From Candidatus Heimdallarchaeota archaeon (lineage in GTDB: Archaea; Asgardarchaeota; Heimdallarchaeia; Heimdallarchaeales; Heimdallarchaeaceae), in the NCBI GenBank assembly GCA_019057815.1, contig JAHLWR010000016.1:21959-85958 (forward strand): a DNA stretch of 64,000 nucleotides, in the 5' to 3' direction. Positions 41,441 to 51,964 of this stretch are shown here, piece after piece. The position numbers and the translations under genes are program-made. Below the pieces are notes generated by a model, which was given only the letters and a program-made list of their open reading frames with translations, did not search any database and had not been told where the DNA came from. Positions within the stretch are counted from its first letter, which is position 1. Every line of letters starts with the position of its first letter.

Positions 41441-42546
41441 TGAAAATTGATTATGCAACGTTTTATACTGTGAAAATGGTATTGAAAAACCCATTCAGAA
41501 CAAGTTTTGGAATTATGCAAGAACGAGAAATACTTTTGATATGTTTGCAATCAGGTGATTTTAAGGGTTGGGGAGAATGTATAACTGAAAAAGGGCCTTG
41601 GTATTCATCAGAGACTACAGACTCGTGTATTCATATTATTACAAAGTTTATCATACCTTTGTTAAAAGGGAGTAATATTGAGCATCCAACCGACTACCCT
41701 CCTCTAGTAAAAAGAATTCGAGGTAATCAAATGGCAAAGGCTTGTATTGAGGATGCCCTTTGGGATCTTTATGGGAAGATTGAAGAGAAATGCCTCAAGA
41801 CACTGATTGGTGGAGAAAAACAATATATAGAAGCTGGTATTTCTCTAGGGATTCAGAAAGATTTCTCAATTTTATTAAGCAAAATCAATGATGCTTTAGA
41901 ACAAGGATATCAAAGAATTAAGATTAAAATTGAACCAGGATGGGATGTTGATATTGTCAAACAAATCAGGGATAATTATCCTGAGATAAAATTGATGGTT
42001 GATGCTAATAGCGCTTATAGACTAAAAGATAAAGATATTTTCCATGCATTGGATCGATTTAATTTAATGATGATTGAACAACCTTTGCAGTATTATGATA
42101 TCATTGATCACGCTGCTCTTCAAAAAGAGATTCAGACACCCATTTGTTTAGATGAATCGATAAAAAGTGTTGATGACGCTAGAACTGCAGTTGAGTTAGA
42201 TGCCACTAGAATAATCAATGTCAAACCTTCACGTGTATCTGGTATCACTGAAACACTGAAGATTCATGAACTAGCTAAATTAGTAAGTATCCCTTTATGG
42301 TGCGGAGGCATGTTGGAAGCAGGTATAGGCCGAGCGAAAAATATAGCAGTTGCAAGTTTATCATCGTTCAAATTACCAAATGATTTAAGCGAAAGTTCCA
42401 GATATTACACTGAATTCATAATCAAGCAACCCTTTAAAATGAACAAAGAGGGTTTCATTCGAGTACCTGAAGAATTCCCAGGTTTAGGAGTGCAGGTTGA
42501 TGAAGAAAAAATAAAACAATTATCCAATGAAAAAATGGAGATTTAA
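41440..42546 (+). CDS. menC: o-succinylbenzoate synthase / N-succinylamino acid racemase
   Basis: PFRTSFG, KIKI, VDAN, IEQP, LDES, WCGGMLE.GIGR. Confidence 0.9.
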   Translation: MKIDYATFYTVKMVLKNPFRTSFGIMQEREILLICLQSGDFKGWGECITEKGPWYSSETTDSCIHIITKFIIPLLKGSNIEHPTDYPPLVKRIRGNQMAKACIEDALWDLYGKIEEKCLKTLIGGEKQYIEAGISLGIQKDFSILLSKINDALEQGYQRIKIKIEPGWDVDIVKQIRDNYPEIKLMVDANSAYRLKDKDIFHALDRFNLMMIEQPLQYYDIIDHAALQKEIQTPICLDESIKSVDDARTAVELDATRIINVKPSRVSGITETLKIHELAKLVSIPLWCGGMLEAGIGRAKNIAVASLSSFKLPNDLSESSRYYTEFIIKQPFKMNKEGFIRVPEEFPGLGVQVDEEKIKQLSNEKMEI

Positions 42547-42576
42547 GAAAAGAAAAAGATTTAAGAAAATAAGCAA

Positions 42577-43458
42577 TTATCCAACAATTTCTAATTCTTC
42601 ATTGAAAGAGGGACTTAAAGTTGCCACTACTGAACCTTTTCCAAGGGTATTGATCATCATTGGAACCATAGGCCATTGGTAGATGTTTTTGATATTTCTT
42701 ACTTTTACAATCTCTTCTTCTAGTTTTTTCAGTAATTTAGGTGCTTCTGCGCCAGTCATGAATAAATCATAAACTATTTTTTCATCAGTTTTTTCAATTA
42801 TATTAGAGATTATTTTTTTGACTGCTCCTTTGAATCCCATTCCTCCTCCTAGACTTGTCACTCCTTTTTCATAATTGATTTCAAACATAGGTTTAAGTCT
42901 CATTAGAGTAGACATAATTGTGATACCAGCACCTTTTTTCACTCTTCCTGTCTTGAAAAGAGTTTCAAAACTTTCAGAGAATCCAGCACAATAAATTTTG
43001 TGTTTCTCAGATTCTATATGTTCTATGATTTCTTTAACATTTTTTCCTTTCTTGACAATGTCAAGAGCTATTAAGGTTATCATTCCTTGAGGGGGTCCCA
43101 TTATCTCACAGTCATAAACTGTGAGTTTAGCCTTCTTAATTTTCTTTGCAGCAATATTGGCTGCATTTAATGCTTGAGAGATATTAGTGCCAAGACATAT
43201 ATGGAGAATCTCATCATATCCATCAGCTTCAGCTTTCTGGAAAACATCAAGGTAATCTTGTGGACTTGGTAGACTAGAAGTAGGATATGGATCAATATCT
43301 TTAACTTCATTCATAAACTTCTCCCGATCTATCTCAGAATAATCTTTAACATGTTTACCATCTATCAACAAATAGAATTCAACAAAGCCAATATTCTCTT
43401 TTATCATCATTTCCATTGGAATACATGTAGTTATATCAGTAATGATTTTTACTTTCAT
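42577..43458 (-). CDS. degV: DegV family protein
   Basis: IITD, PTSSLPSP, TGRV, LKP motifs. Confidence 0.85.
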   Translation of the reverse strand: MKVKIITDITTCIPMEMMIKENIGFVEFYLLIDGKHVKDYSEIDREKFMNEVKDIDPYPTSSLPSPQDYLDVFQKAEADGYDEILHICLGTNISQALNAANIAAKKIKKAKLTVYDCEIMGPPQGMITLIALDIVKKGKNVKEIIEHIESEKHKIYCAGFSESFETLFKTGRVKKGAGITIMSTLMRLKPMFEINYEKGVTSLGGGMGFKGAVKKIISNIIEKTDEKIVYDLFMTGAEAPKLLKKLEEEIVKVRNIKNIYQWPMVPMMINTLGKGSVVATLSPSFNEELEIVG

Positions 43459-43550
43459 AATTAATTCTCAAACAAAACAGCTATTTAAATGATTTCACAA
43501 AACGTAAGCAAAATAATTGTTAAAATCAAGAAAAAGTGTGTTGTTTGTCT

Positions 43551-44549
43551 TTAATCTGGTGTTAGAGCCCATAACAAAGCCTCTAGCATCTTTGATTTAA
43601 ATTCTGAAACACCTGTGTAACTTGCAGAAAAATAAGGCAACCCATGTATTTTTTCTTGTAATCCTACGAAGAAATCTGCATACTTCTTACTTGCATCTTC
43701 TAGATTCTCTGGAAGAGACATTATAGTAGCAATCTTTGGAGAAGATTCCAAGTCTGATAAAAGATCATAGATGTACTTGTATTTTCCAGTATCAATATTT
43801 ACAAGAAAAATTAACGCTTTTTGCTTTGCTATAAACTCCTTGGTTAGCGAAGTATTGGTTACAAGAGTTAGTTTAGTTGTTGATGTTTTGATATAAGCTT
43901 CTTCTACTTTATAGACAGACTCTTCATATGGAAGTGAAGATAGTAATATTGTGAAATAGTTTCTAACTAATTCAGTATACTCTATCGGATAAATAACAGA
44001 GTAATTTAATTCTTTTTCTTCCCTTTTGTCAGGTTTTTGCTGAAGAAAAGTAATTATCTGTCCTGATAATTGTTCTGCTTGCTTTTGATTCAATAATCTC
44101 GTGACAATACTATTATACTCTTTTATGATTTCTGTAAGAAATTTGTCGCTAACCTGCTTAATTTCGTAAATTTTCCTAAATCTGTAAACTAAGCTTTTAG
44201 CAAGTTCTTCCCTAAAATCGTCTATTTTTGAGACCATTTCAGGAACTAACATCAACAGAAGTCCTATAGTTTTGTGTTTCATTCTCTTATCTTGAACAGT
44301 TTTATCATCTACCATGAATGAGTATGCATATTGAACGAAACCAGAAGAAAATGCGAAGGGAAAGGGACCGTAAAGCTCAGAAGTCATATCATCTAACGTA
44401 ACCATTCCTTGAAAGACTAAGGAATAAGTCATAGTTCCAGAAAATCTAAATTTGTCAACAGTGGTTTCATCGAAATGGACGTCTTGGTCTGCAACCATTT
44501 TTGACAGAGTTGGACCAATATCTTCCAATTTGAACAAACAGATTAGCAT
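43551..44549 (-). CDS. Asgard-type longin/uDENN-like protein (paralogue of 6615-7676)
   Basis: F.LEDIGP, LYGPFP, YSF.VDD..VQD.R. Confidence 0.5.
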   Translation of the reverse strand: MLICLFKLEDIGPTLSKMVADQDVHFDETTVDKFRFSGTMTYSLVFQGMVTLDDMTSELYGPFPFAFSSGFVQYAYSFMVDDKTVQDKRMKHKTIGLLLMLVPEMVSKIDDFREELAKSLVYRFRKIYEIKQVSDKFLTEIIKEYNSIVTRLLNQKQAEQLSGQIITFLQQKPDKREEKELNYSVIYPIEYTELVRNYFTILLSSLPYEESVYKVEEAYIKTSTTKLTLVTNTSLTKEFIAKQKALIFLVNIDTGKYKYIYDLLSDLESSPKIATIMSLPENLEDASKKYADFFVGLQEKIHGLPYFSASYTGVSEFKSKMLEALLWALTPD

Positions 44550-44619
44550 AATACAAGATTAGATTTATGACTTTAAAATTTTTTTATGAGAAATATGATT
44601 GGATTCTTAGTGATTCTAG

Positions 44620-47328
44620 TTAAGTATTTGATTTGTTTTTTGCTGATGAACTCTTAGAAACAGTTTTCTTTGTTTTGGATGTAGGTTTCTTTGAAGTAGA
44701 TTTAGAGGTTGAAGATGGTTTTGTTATCTTTTTGGTTGGAGATTTCTTTGCTATGGGTTTTTTTTCTTCTGATTTTGTCTTGATTTCTTTTTTACTACTA
44801 GTTTTAGTTACTTTCTTAGTTGTAGTTTTTTTCGCTTGGGTTTTTTTTGCAGGTTTCTTAGTTTCTTTTTTAACAATAGGCTTTTTCTCTTTCTTTTCTT
44901 CTTCAACTATTTGCTCTTCTTTCTCATGAGCTTGGACGATATACAATCGCCCATTAACAAGTTCAATTTTTGCAGAGATCTCTTCTTTAAGTATCAAATC
45001 ATAAGTTAATTTCTCTACTTCTTCACTTGATAAGCCAATTCTTTCAGCAAATATATCCAAAGGAATAGATCCTACTTTTGAAAGACTCTCAATATACTTT
45101 TTCTTTAACATCTCGAATTTAATTTTTTCAGGAACATCCCTACCACTCAATATCATCGCTAAAGATTCATATGCTCCATCTTTAAAGGCATCAATTATTT
45201 TCGATATAATGTGTTTTGAAGCCCCATTTATATTGTATTCATCAATTGAATCGCAGAAGAGTTTTAGACTCTTTCCGGACATTTCTCCAATTATAGATAA
45301 ACCTGATATCCATGAATCGAACATAACAACTAATTCTATTATTCTATGCAATATTATCTCATTAGGTTTTTCTGTTTCTATTGCTTCATTGTAAAGTTTA
45401 ATAAGAATTTTGGCTATTATACTCATCATTTGAGGATCATCAGCACTGATTACGTTTAGAAGGCGTCTTAACTTCTCAACTACATTTATTTCATCTGTGT
45501 AAAGGTGCTTGACTATAAATGAGTCAATAATTTCCTCTGCGATTGGTAAAGAGCTATTTATGATTAACATTGAAGTCTTGAGATAATTCAGGAATTCTTT
45601 ATCGTCTATTGTCCACATACATTTATTTAACAGCTCTTCAAGACGTTCTCTGTAGTAGTTTCGTTTGTGTGCTGCGAGAAAAGTCACAATATCAGCTATT
45701 CTTTCTTCAGGTTTAAGTGCTATTACTTTTGCTAGTTTCACTAACAGAAGTTTGAATATCTTGTCAACTAATAGAGGATTGTTTTGTAAAGATAGTAAAT
45801 CAGAAAAAATAACTTCTACTCCCGATGAATTCAAAGATAATGCTCGATCTATAAACGACCCAATTATTTGCTCATCCGCGTCCATCGATTCAAAATCTGT
45901 CCATTCTAACTGATTTATTTGTTCTATTCCAGGAAGAGCAAAGTGTGCATTTTCACTAATAGATATTTCAGATTCAGGAAGGCTTTGGTTTTCAGTAACG
46001 CTTTCTTTAGGAGGAGGAGCAGGAATCGTATCTATATCTTTTGTTTCTTTAATGATGTCCATTTCAAACTCGTCAGTTAGACTTTCATCTACAATTTCAC
46101 TCAAGACAATATCTTCTCTTGAATCTTGCACAGTTACCTTAGAAGCGCTCTCTTCTAAATTAAATTGTTCTAATAGTTCTTCTTCTTTTACTCGTTCTTG
46201 TTCACTGATGTCTTCCGACAAACTTTCAGGTTCACCCAGTAGGTCTTCAACTTGATCATCTGATTCTCTTTGTCTAAATAAATTAACTAATTTGTCAGCA
46301 ACACCTTCTCTTCGCTTTCTGGGCTCTATACTAATTGATTCCAATGATACTCCTACAGTCTTCAAAATAGTTTCGAAAAACTCTTGAGATTGTTGATTTT
46401 CAACATCTAATTCTTCTATTATTACACGAATACCAGCTTCTCGTAATTTAGAAACAAGCTCTGTGTTCTTCTTTTCTATTATTATTGTGTCTACAGTCTC
46501 TTTTATCAATTCAACAATATTAATCAAGCTAGATTCAAAATTCATTTTGTTTAAAATAGCTTTTTCATAGACACTTAACTTTTCCTCAACCCAGAATGGA
46601 GATAAGAACACAATTTCACCAGTTGTTCTTTTAAGTGCTTCGCAAAAGCTTTCAGATTGAAATAAAATATATAAAGATACTAAGTCAGTTGGAACAATTA
46701 TAACAGCTGTTGCATTAATAATTCTCTTTGAAGCTTCACTGCAGAGTCTCATTTTTTCTATTTGCTCTATATCGATAATACCTGTTATCTTTTCTAACTC
46801 AGCTTCGATTGATTTAGAATTAACTTTCCCATCCTGTTTTCGAATTTCTATTTCTTTACCGATTAAGAACTGTCTAACAGGTATCTCTACATCACCATTT
46901 TTCATGTGCAGTATTCTTATTTCATCAAATATAGGAAAAATGAAATCTTCATCGAATACTGCTTTTGTGATTTCTCTCCAAGCTTTCAAGTAATTGTCAT
47001 TTCCTTGTTTGATATCTGTTGCAAAACGAGAAATCAAATAATTCAAGGTTGATAATTGTAAAGGGTTATAAAAATCGAAATATTGACCTAAAGCTTCGAA
47101 AACACCAAGAGATTCGATGTTGAGTTTAGCTTTTATTTCAATCAGACTTGTAAACTCGATGTGATATCTTAATATTTTTGAGGGGTCAGAATGGTGAATT
47201 AAAAAGTCACTAGAATTATTTGCAATCATAGAAAGTGCAATATCCCCTTTATGCAAAAGTTGTTCAACAAAGGGGCTTGTTCGAAACCCTACATTCACAA
47301 CTGCAATTTCCTGTTCTGATGACATCAA
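44620..47328 (-). CDS. Large protein: CofD/YvcK-like N-domain, acidic linker, helical solenoid, PCI-like wHTH, Lys/Thr/Ser-rich tail
   Basis: I.L..FAERIGLS.EEVEKL...LI....ISAKI (PCI wHTH); KKPAKKT tail; N-terminal pattern like degenerate CofD. Confidence 0.55.
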   Translation of the reverse strand: MMSSEQEIAVVNVGFRTSPFVEQLLHKGDIALSMIANNSSDFLIHHSDPSKILRYHIEFTSLIEIKAKLNIESLGVFEALGQYFDFYNPLQLSTLNYLISRFATDIKQGNDNYLKAWREITKAVFDEDFIFPIFDEIRILHMKNGDVEIPVRQFLIGKEIEIRKQDGKVNSKSIEAELEKITGIIDIEQIEKMRLCSEASKRIINATAVIIVPTDLVSLYILFQSESFCEALKRTTGEIVFLSPFWVEEKLSVYEKAILNKMNFESSLINIVELIKETVDTIIIEKKNTELVSKLREAGIRVIIEELDVENQQSQEFFETILKTVGVSLESISIEPRKRREGVADKLVNLFRQRESDDQVEDLLGEPESLSEDISEQERVKEEELLEQFNLEESASKVTVQDSREDIVLSEIVDESLTDEFEMDIIKETKDIDTIPAPPPKESVTENQSLPESEISISENAHFALPGIEQINQLEWTDFESMDADEQIIGSFIDRALSLNSSGVEVIFSDLLSLQNNPLLVDKIFKLLLVKLAKVIALKPEERIADIVTFLAAHKRNYYRERLEELLNKCMWTIDDKEFLNYLKTSMLIINSSLPIAEEIIDSFIVKHLYTDEINVVEKLRRLLNVISADDPQMMSIIAKILIKLYNEAIETEKPNEIILHRIIELVVMFDSWISGLSIIGEMSGKSLKLFCDSIDEYNINGASKHIISKIIDAFKDGAYESLAMILSGRDVPEKIKFEMLKKKYIESLSKVGSIPLDIFAERIGLSSEEVEKLTYDLILKEEISAKIELVNGRLYIVQAHEKEEQIVEEEKKEKKPIVKKETKKPAKKTQAKKTTTKKVTKTSSKKEIKTKSEEKKPIAKKSPTKKITKPSSTSKSTSKKPTSKTKKTVSKSSSAKNKSNT

Positions 47329-47553
47329 TATACCCCTAAGTTAATCAAGCGAAGCTTTTGTGATGTGACTATTACAATGTTAAACTAGATAGAAACTAGA
47401 TAGACTAATTGATAAATATTGTCATAAATTACACACAGCTTTTATATAAGATTCATAAATCTAAAGCGCTCACAATAAAAAATCAATGATAATTTCACTA
47501 GTTCTATACTTTTCGAAGAAAAACCTTTAAGTTATACTCCTAAAATATAGCTG

Positions 47554-49158
47554 ATGGATAGAGAAAAGCAAATTAATATGTTATCTGAAGACGAGTTTGA
47601 TTTGCTAGTAATAGGAGGGGGAATAAATGGTGCTGGAATCGCAAGAGATGCTAGTTTACGAGGTTTGAAAGTAGCTCTAATTGATAAGGGTGACTTCTCT
47701 TCTGGAACTAGTTCAAAAAGCGCTAAACTTATACATGGTGGGCTTAGATACATAGAAAAATTTCAATTTAAAATGGTTTTTGAGAGTGTTAGGGAGAGAA
47801 ATCTTTTACTAAAATTGGCACCTCATCTGGTAAAACCTTTAGAATTTGTGGTTCCAATTTACAAAGAAGATCGTGTTCCTAAATGGTTTTTACTTCTAGG
47901 TCTTGTAGTATATGATATCTTCTCTGGTTTAAAAAAACCAAGACACAGAAGACTTAGTAAGAAGGGAATTGTAGAACTCTTTCCATGGTTGAAAGAAGAT
48001 GGTCTCAAGGGAGGAGGATTGTATACGGATGCAAGAGCTGATGATAGCCGTTTAACAATTGCCAACGTGCAATCTGCTTTTGAAAACAAAGCAATAGTTG
48101 CTAATTATGTCAAAGCGATAGACATAGAAAATTCAGAATCTATGAAATGTGTTTCCGTAAAAGATATGCTATCTAATCATGAATTCAAAATTAAATGTAA
48201 AATCGTCGTCGCTGTTATAGGTGTATGGCAAGATCAACTTTTTACTGCCCATAAAAAATTACCTAAGATTATCCCTTCAACAGGTAGTCATTTTGTAATA
48301 AAACAAGATCTTTGTAATGATAGAGCCTTGGGATTCATATATCAACAAGCCAAATCCACGGGATATATTATCCCTTGGAAAAAACATACTATAATAGGTA
48401 CAACAGATATTCCTTTCGAAGGTAACCTAGATAATATCCTTCCATGCCAAGAAGATTTAGATTTCCTTTTAAGTGAGGTTAATAGGATTATCAAAAGTGA
48501 AAATTCTATAACTGAATCAGATATTTTCAGCGCTTTTGCAGGAGCTAGACCTCTTTTTTACAGTAAAGCAGAAGTCACTGACATATCTAGAGAATTTAAA
48601 ATAGCTGAATTGGAAGATGGAATAATTGTAGTTACAGGCGGAAAGCTAACTACATATCGATTATTAGCAGAAAAAACAGTTGATAAAGTTTACAAAAATT
48701 TAAAAAGAAGAAAAGCAAAATGCTTAACTCATAAACTTACCCTACCCGGATCTGAAGTTGAGGATTACAGTTGTTTTTATTTAGAATATCATAAAAAACT
48801 AAGCGATATGGGTTTTAAGGATGAAACTGTCAATCATTTACTCAATACTTACGGAACGAGAGTTAAAAATATTCTAGAACTAATTAGAAAAGATGAATCC
48901 TTAAAAAGGAAAATTTCTGAAGCAAAACCACACATATATGCTGAAATTCCATATTTAGTGCAAAACGAGTATGTATGTAGAATCGAAGATGTATTTTTTG
49001 GAAGATTGCATTTGGATTTAACTCTTGACAATGGGTTTGATTGCATTAACGTGATTGCACATGAAGTAAAAGAAACTTATAATCTAAGCAATGTAGAAAT
49101 TGAAGACCAAATAAAAGAATACAGAAATTATATAAAATCAATAAGAGATTTTAAATGA
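47554..49158 (+). CDS. glpD: FAD-dependent glycerol-3-phosphate dehydrogenase
   Basis: GGGINGAGIARDA.LRG, SGTSSKSAKLIHGGLRY, GTTD, AGARPL, GGKLTTYR. Confidence 0.95.
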   Translation: MDREKQINMLSEDEFDLLVIGGGINGAGIARDASLRGLKVALIDKGDFSSGTSSKSAKLIHGGLRYIEKFQFKMVFESVRERNLLLKLAPHLVKPLEFVVPIYKEDRVPKWFLLLGLVVYDIFSGLKKPRHRRLSKKGIVELFPWLKEDGLKGGGLYTDARADDSRLTIANVQSAFENKAIVANYVKAIDIENSESMKCVSVKDMLSNHEFKIKCKIVVAVIGVWQDQLFTAHKKLPKIIPSTGSHFVIKQDLCNDRALGFIYQQAKSTGYIIPWKKHTIIGTTDIPFEGNLDNILPCQEDLDFLLSEVNRIIKSENSITESDIFSAFAGARPLFYSKAEVTDISREFKIAELEDGIIVVTGGKLTTYRLLAEKTVDKVYKNLKRRKAKCLTHKLTLPGSEVEDYSCFYLEYHKKLSDMGFKDETVNHLLNTYGTRVKNILELIRKDESLKRKISEAKPHIYAEIPYLVQNEYVCRIEDVFFGRLHLDLTLDNGFDCINVIAHEVKETYNLSNVEIEDQIKEYRNYIKSIRDFK

Positions 49159-49171
49159 GGTCAACAGATAG

Positions 49172-49219
49172 TTTTATAAGGAAATCTTTTTGTTGAAGAA
49201 AAAAAACGACTTAGTTTTG
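49172..49219 (+). repeat. Conserved ~48-bp island-border motif, copy B
   Basis: ttttataaggaaatctttttgttgaagaaaaaaaacgacttagttttg; inverted copy at 34206-34253. Confidence 0.75.
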
Positions 49220-49704
49220 GTTAATAGAAGAAAAGGATATAAAATATTGAGTAAAAAAGGTTGAAACGGGAATATTTTGAAAAAGATTTTGTCGAAGGAA
49301 AGATTAGACTGAATTGTAGAACTATTATAGTAGAAAAAAACTTCGAGGAAAAGATTTCATAACATTAAAAGATTAGTCTATCAGCAGTATCAACGAAGGT
49401 AATTATTCTAAAATAAATATTAAAAGTGTACCAACATTTTTTCTATTTAATGTTACTTCTCATCAAATTGGCAAGCATGTTGGAATTATGGTTTTTGAAG
49501 AGTTATTTACGTTTGTTAATTCGTCTTCTTACATGGGAAGTATTAAAAAATACATATAAGTTTCTTTAAGAATTTAATAACACAAGATTTATGTTTTTTT
49601 ACTTAAATATTTAAAAGTCATATGTTAAAGAAAAAACTGTTACCAAGGTGGGTTTAGTTAACAAGCAAGAAAAACTTGTAAAAAAGCTCTAATAATACCC
49701 TTTT

Positions 49705-50931
49705 CTACTCTAATTTTGGAAATTTAGCAAGTTTACGTAATTTGGTTAACTCCTCTTGTTCCTTTCCAGCTTCTTCAGCAAAAACTATAATTTTACGGTA
49801 TAGTTTGTCCACAAAATCTTTGTTAACAGGTTTAATGCCGTGAGCTAAGATCGAATCGTTTCTATAACTTAATAAATTCTTTAACTCTTTGTCTTTTCTG
49901 AACAAAAAACCTAGAGAATCCTTTAGATCACAAAGTAGGTCATAACTAGCATGCAAACCAATCTTTATTACTCGACTTCGAGTTTTATACTCCTCATATT
50001 GCGAGATAACAATAGGTTGTAAACCTAACTCTAATAACCTCTCAGTATCAATATTACTAGTATCTAGAAGATAAGAAGTTTTAAGGCGAAATTGTGCAAT
50101 AAGTTCAGCACACCTGTACAATCTTGCTGTAGCATCGTCATATTTCTCTTCTTCCACTCGACGTTCGGTATTATTTAATAAATCAGCAATAAGAAAATAC
50201 TCTTTAGAGACTTTCTTATCTCTTGAATCAGATAATAGTTTAGAGAGGAAAAGCTTATTCTCAGCATATTCTTTACTAATGTTCTTTAGTTCGAGAAAAG
50301 CTGATTCATGATGGAATTTATCCCAAAGACGGTAAGCATTAATTAGAGCAGTATAGGTCTCACGTATATCATCATCAAAAATAATTATTTCATCCAGACA
50401 GTTTTGTGCAGTACTAAATTGGTAATGATTAAATGAATCATGTAGTTTGGCTATAAGTATCTTATCATAAGCAGAATAAAGATTTTGTTCTATTATGTGT
50501 TCGGTCCCAGAAATGATAAGTCCATGCTCACCTCTTTTACCAGAGATCAGACTCAGCTTTTTGTGGAAAAGAACAGAACAAATTGCTGCACTCACAGTCA
50601 TTGTTTTAGTTCCAGAAGTGTAATCAATGATGATCTCAGTGTTAGGAAAACGTGTGAGAGAAGAGGAGATTAGACGAAAACATTCATCAAAACTGTCAAT
50701 TTGCTGGATAATTATAAATTCATAATGAGAAAATTCTTTCTTCATTGTCTCGAAATAAAGTTTCTTAACAACATCAACTGTAGAATAACTCTGGTCAGAA
50801 CCAAAAAAAATAACCTTATCTGGACGAAAATGTAAGATGCAAGATAATAAGCCATGAGCTAAACTGGAGATACGACCCTGTTGATTAGAACCCACACCAG
50901 TACCAACGGTCATGAAAAGGACTCTTTGCAA
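49705..50931 (-). CDS. csm6: CRISPR-associated CARF-HEPN ribonuclease, TIGR02710/Csm6-like
   Basis: TVG, DYTSGTKTM (CARF); YDDATARLYR..E; RNDSILAHG (HEPN). Confidence 0.88.
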   Translation of the reverse strand: MQRVLFMTVGTGVGSNQQGRISSLAHGLLSCILHFRPDKVIFFGSDQSYSTVDVVKKLYFETMKKEFSHYEFIIIQQIDSFDECFRLISSSLTRFPNTEIIIDYTSGTKTMTVSAAICSVLFHKKLSLISGKRGEHGLIISGTEHIIEQNLYSAYDKILIAKLHDSFNHYQFSTAQNCLDEIIIFDDDIRETYTALINAYRLWDKFHHESAFLELKNISKEYAENKLFLSKLLSDSRDKKVSKEYFLIADLLNNTERRVEEEKYDDATARLYRCAELIAQFRLKTSYLLDTSNIDTERLLELGLQPIVISQYEEYKTRSRVIKIGLHASYDLLCDLKDSLGFLFRKDKELKNLLSYRNDSILAHGIKPVNKDFVDKLYRKIIVFAEEAGKEQEELTKLRKLAKFPKLE

Positions 50932-51061
50932 AGAATAACCACCTATAAGTAAGTGGGTAACAATAAAACTATTTAAGGATTAAGAAATCGAAGAAAAAGA
51001 AAAAAAAGCAAATAAAAAATTAATAACTGAATTAAAGTAATTCAAGCGTAAATAAAAATCA

Positions 51062-51769
51062 ACAAATTCACTGATTATTAACAAAGCTAGTTTGTATCAG
51101 TTTAAAAATTTTTTTAACGAGGGGGAGCAAAAAAAGTTACCTCCTTCTCTTTAACGAAGCTAGTTTGCATCTTCTGACACTATCTGGTTTAACACTACTA
51201 ATAGTAAGTTACCACCTCCTCTTTTGACGGAGCTAGTTTGTAACAACTATTGAAACCTTTTACGACGGCGATTTTGCTAGGTTACCACCTCCTCTTTTGA
51301 CGGAGCTAGTTTGTAACATCCATCAAGAAGAACTCTCTTACACAACTATACAAAAGTTACCACCTCCTCTTTTGACGGAGCTAGTTTGTAACCAGTTAAT
51401 TATCATGGGAAAATTAAAAAGAATTAAGGTTACCACCTCCTCTTTTGACGGAGCTAGAATGTAACAACAACAAGGAGGTGAAAGGGCAAAATGAGATTTC
51501 GCGTTACCACCTCCTCTTTTGACGGAGCTAGAATGTAACGGAGAATCAAAAAAGGGCGATGTGTGACGCTCTTTGGTTACCACCTCCTCTTTTGACGGAG
51601 CTAGAATGTAACGAAAATTGTTCAGATAGAAGCCGAGATGGCTTTCAAGTTACCACCTCCTCTTTTGACGGAGCTAGAATGTAACCCCTTACCTTCCTTT
51701 CAAGGGAGGTAAGGAGAACAGTAAAAAGTCTCGTTACCACCTCCTCTTTTGACGGAGCTAGAATGTAAC
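51062..51769 (-). CRISPR. CRISPR array 1: 8 intact 37-bp repeats plus 2 degenerate trailer repeats
   Basis: GTTACCACCTCCTCTTTTGACGGAGCTAG(TT/AA)TGTAAC at 51208, 51281, 51356, 51429, 51503, 51576, 51649, 51733; degenerate at 51136 and ~51062; leader on the right. Confidence 0.97.
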
Positions 51770-51880
51770 CGCGGGGATTCTGGTTCTAGTAAACGTTTTA
51801 TCAGTTTTCACTTTCACCTCGTATACTAGTTGTAGCGTACGCTATTTTCTCTTTCTCCCTCATTCTTAAAGTTTTTGCTG
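51770..51880 (-). promoter_or_regulatory. Leader of CRISPR array 1
   Basis: Minus strand AAAACTTTAAG (BRE/TATA) about 100 nt from the repeat; ACTAGAA-N11-GCG junction shared with the array 2 leader. Confidence 0.75.
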
Positions 51881-51964
51881 TTTCTCGAGCTCTAGCATTT
51901 TTTCTCTTTTTACGTTACTTCGTTTAAGGCTCTAAGAAAACGTTTTTTATTGTTCATATTACTG

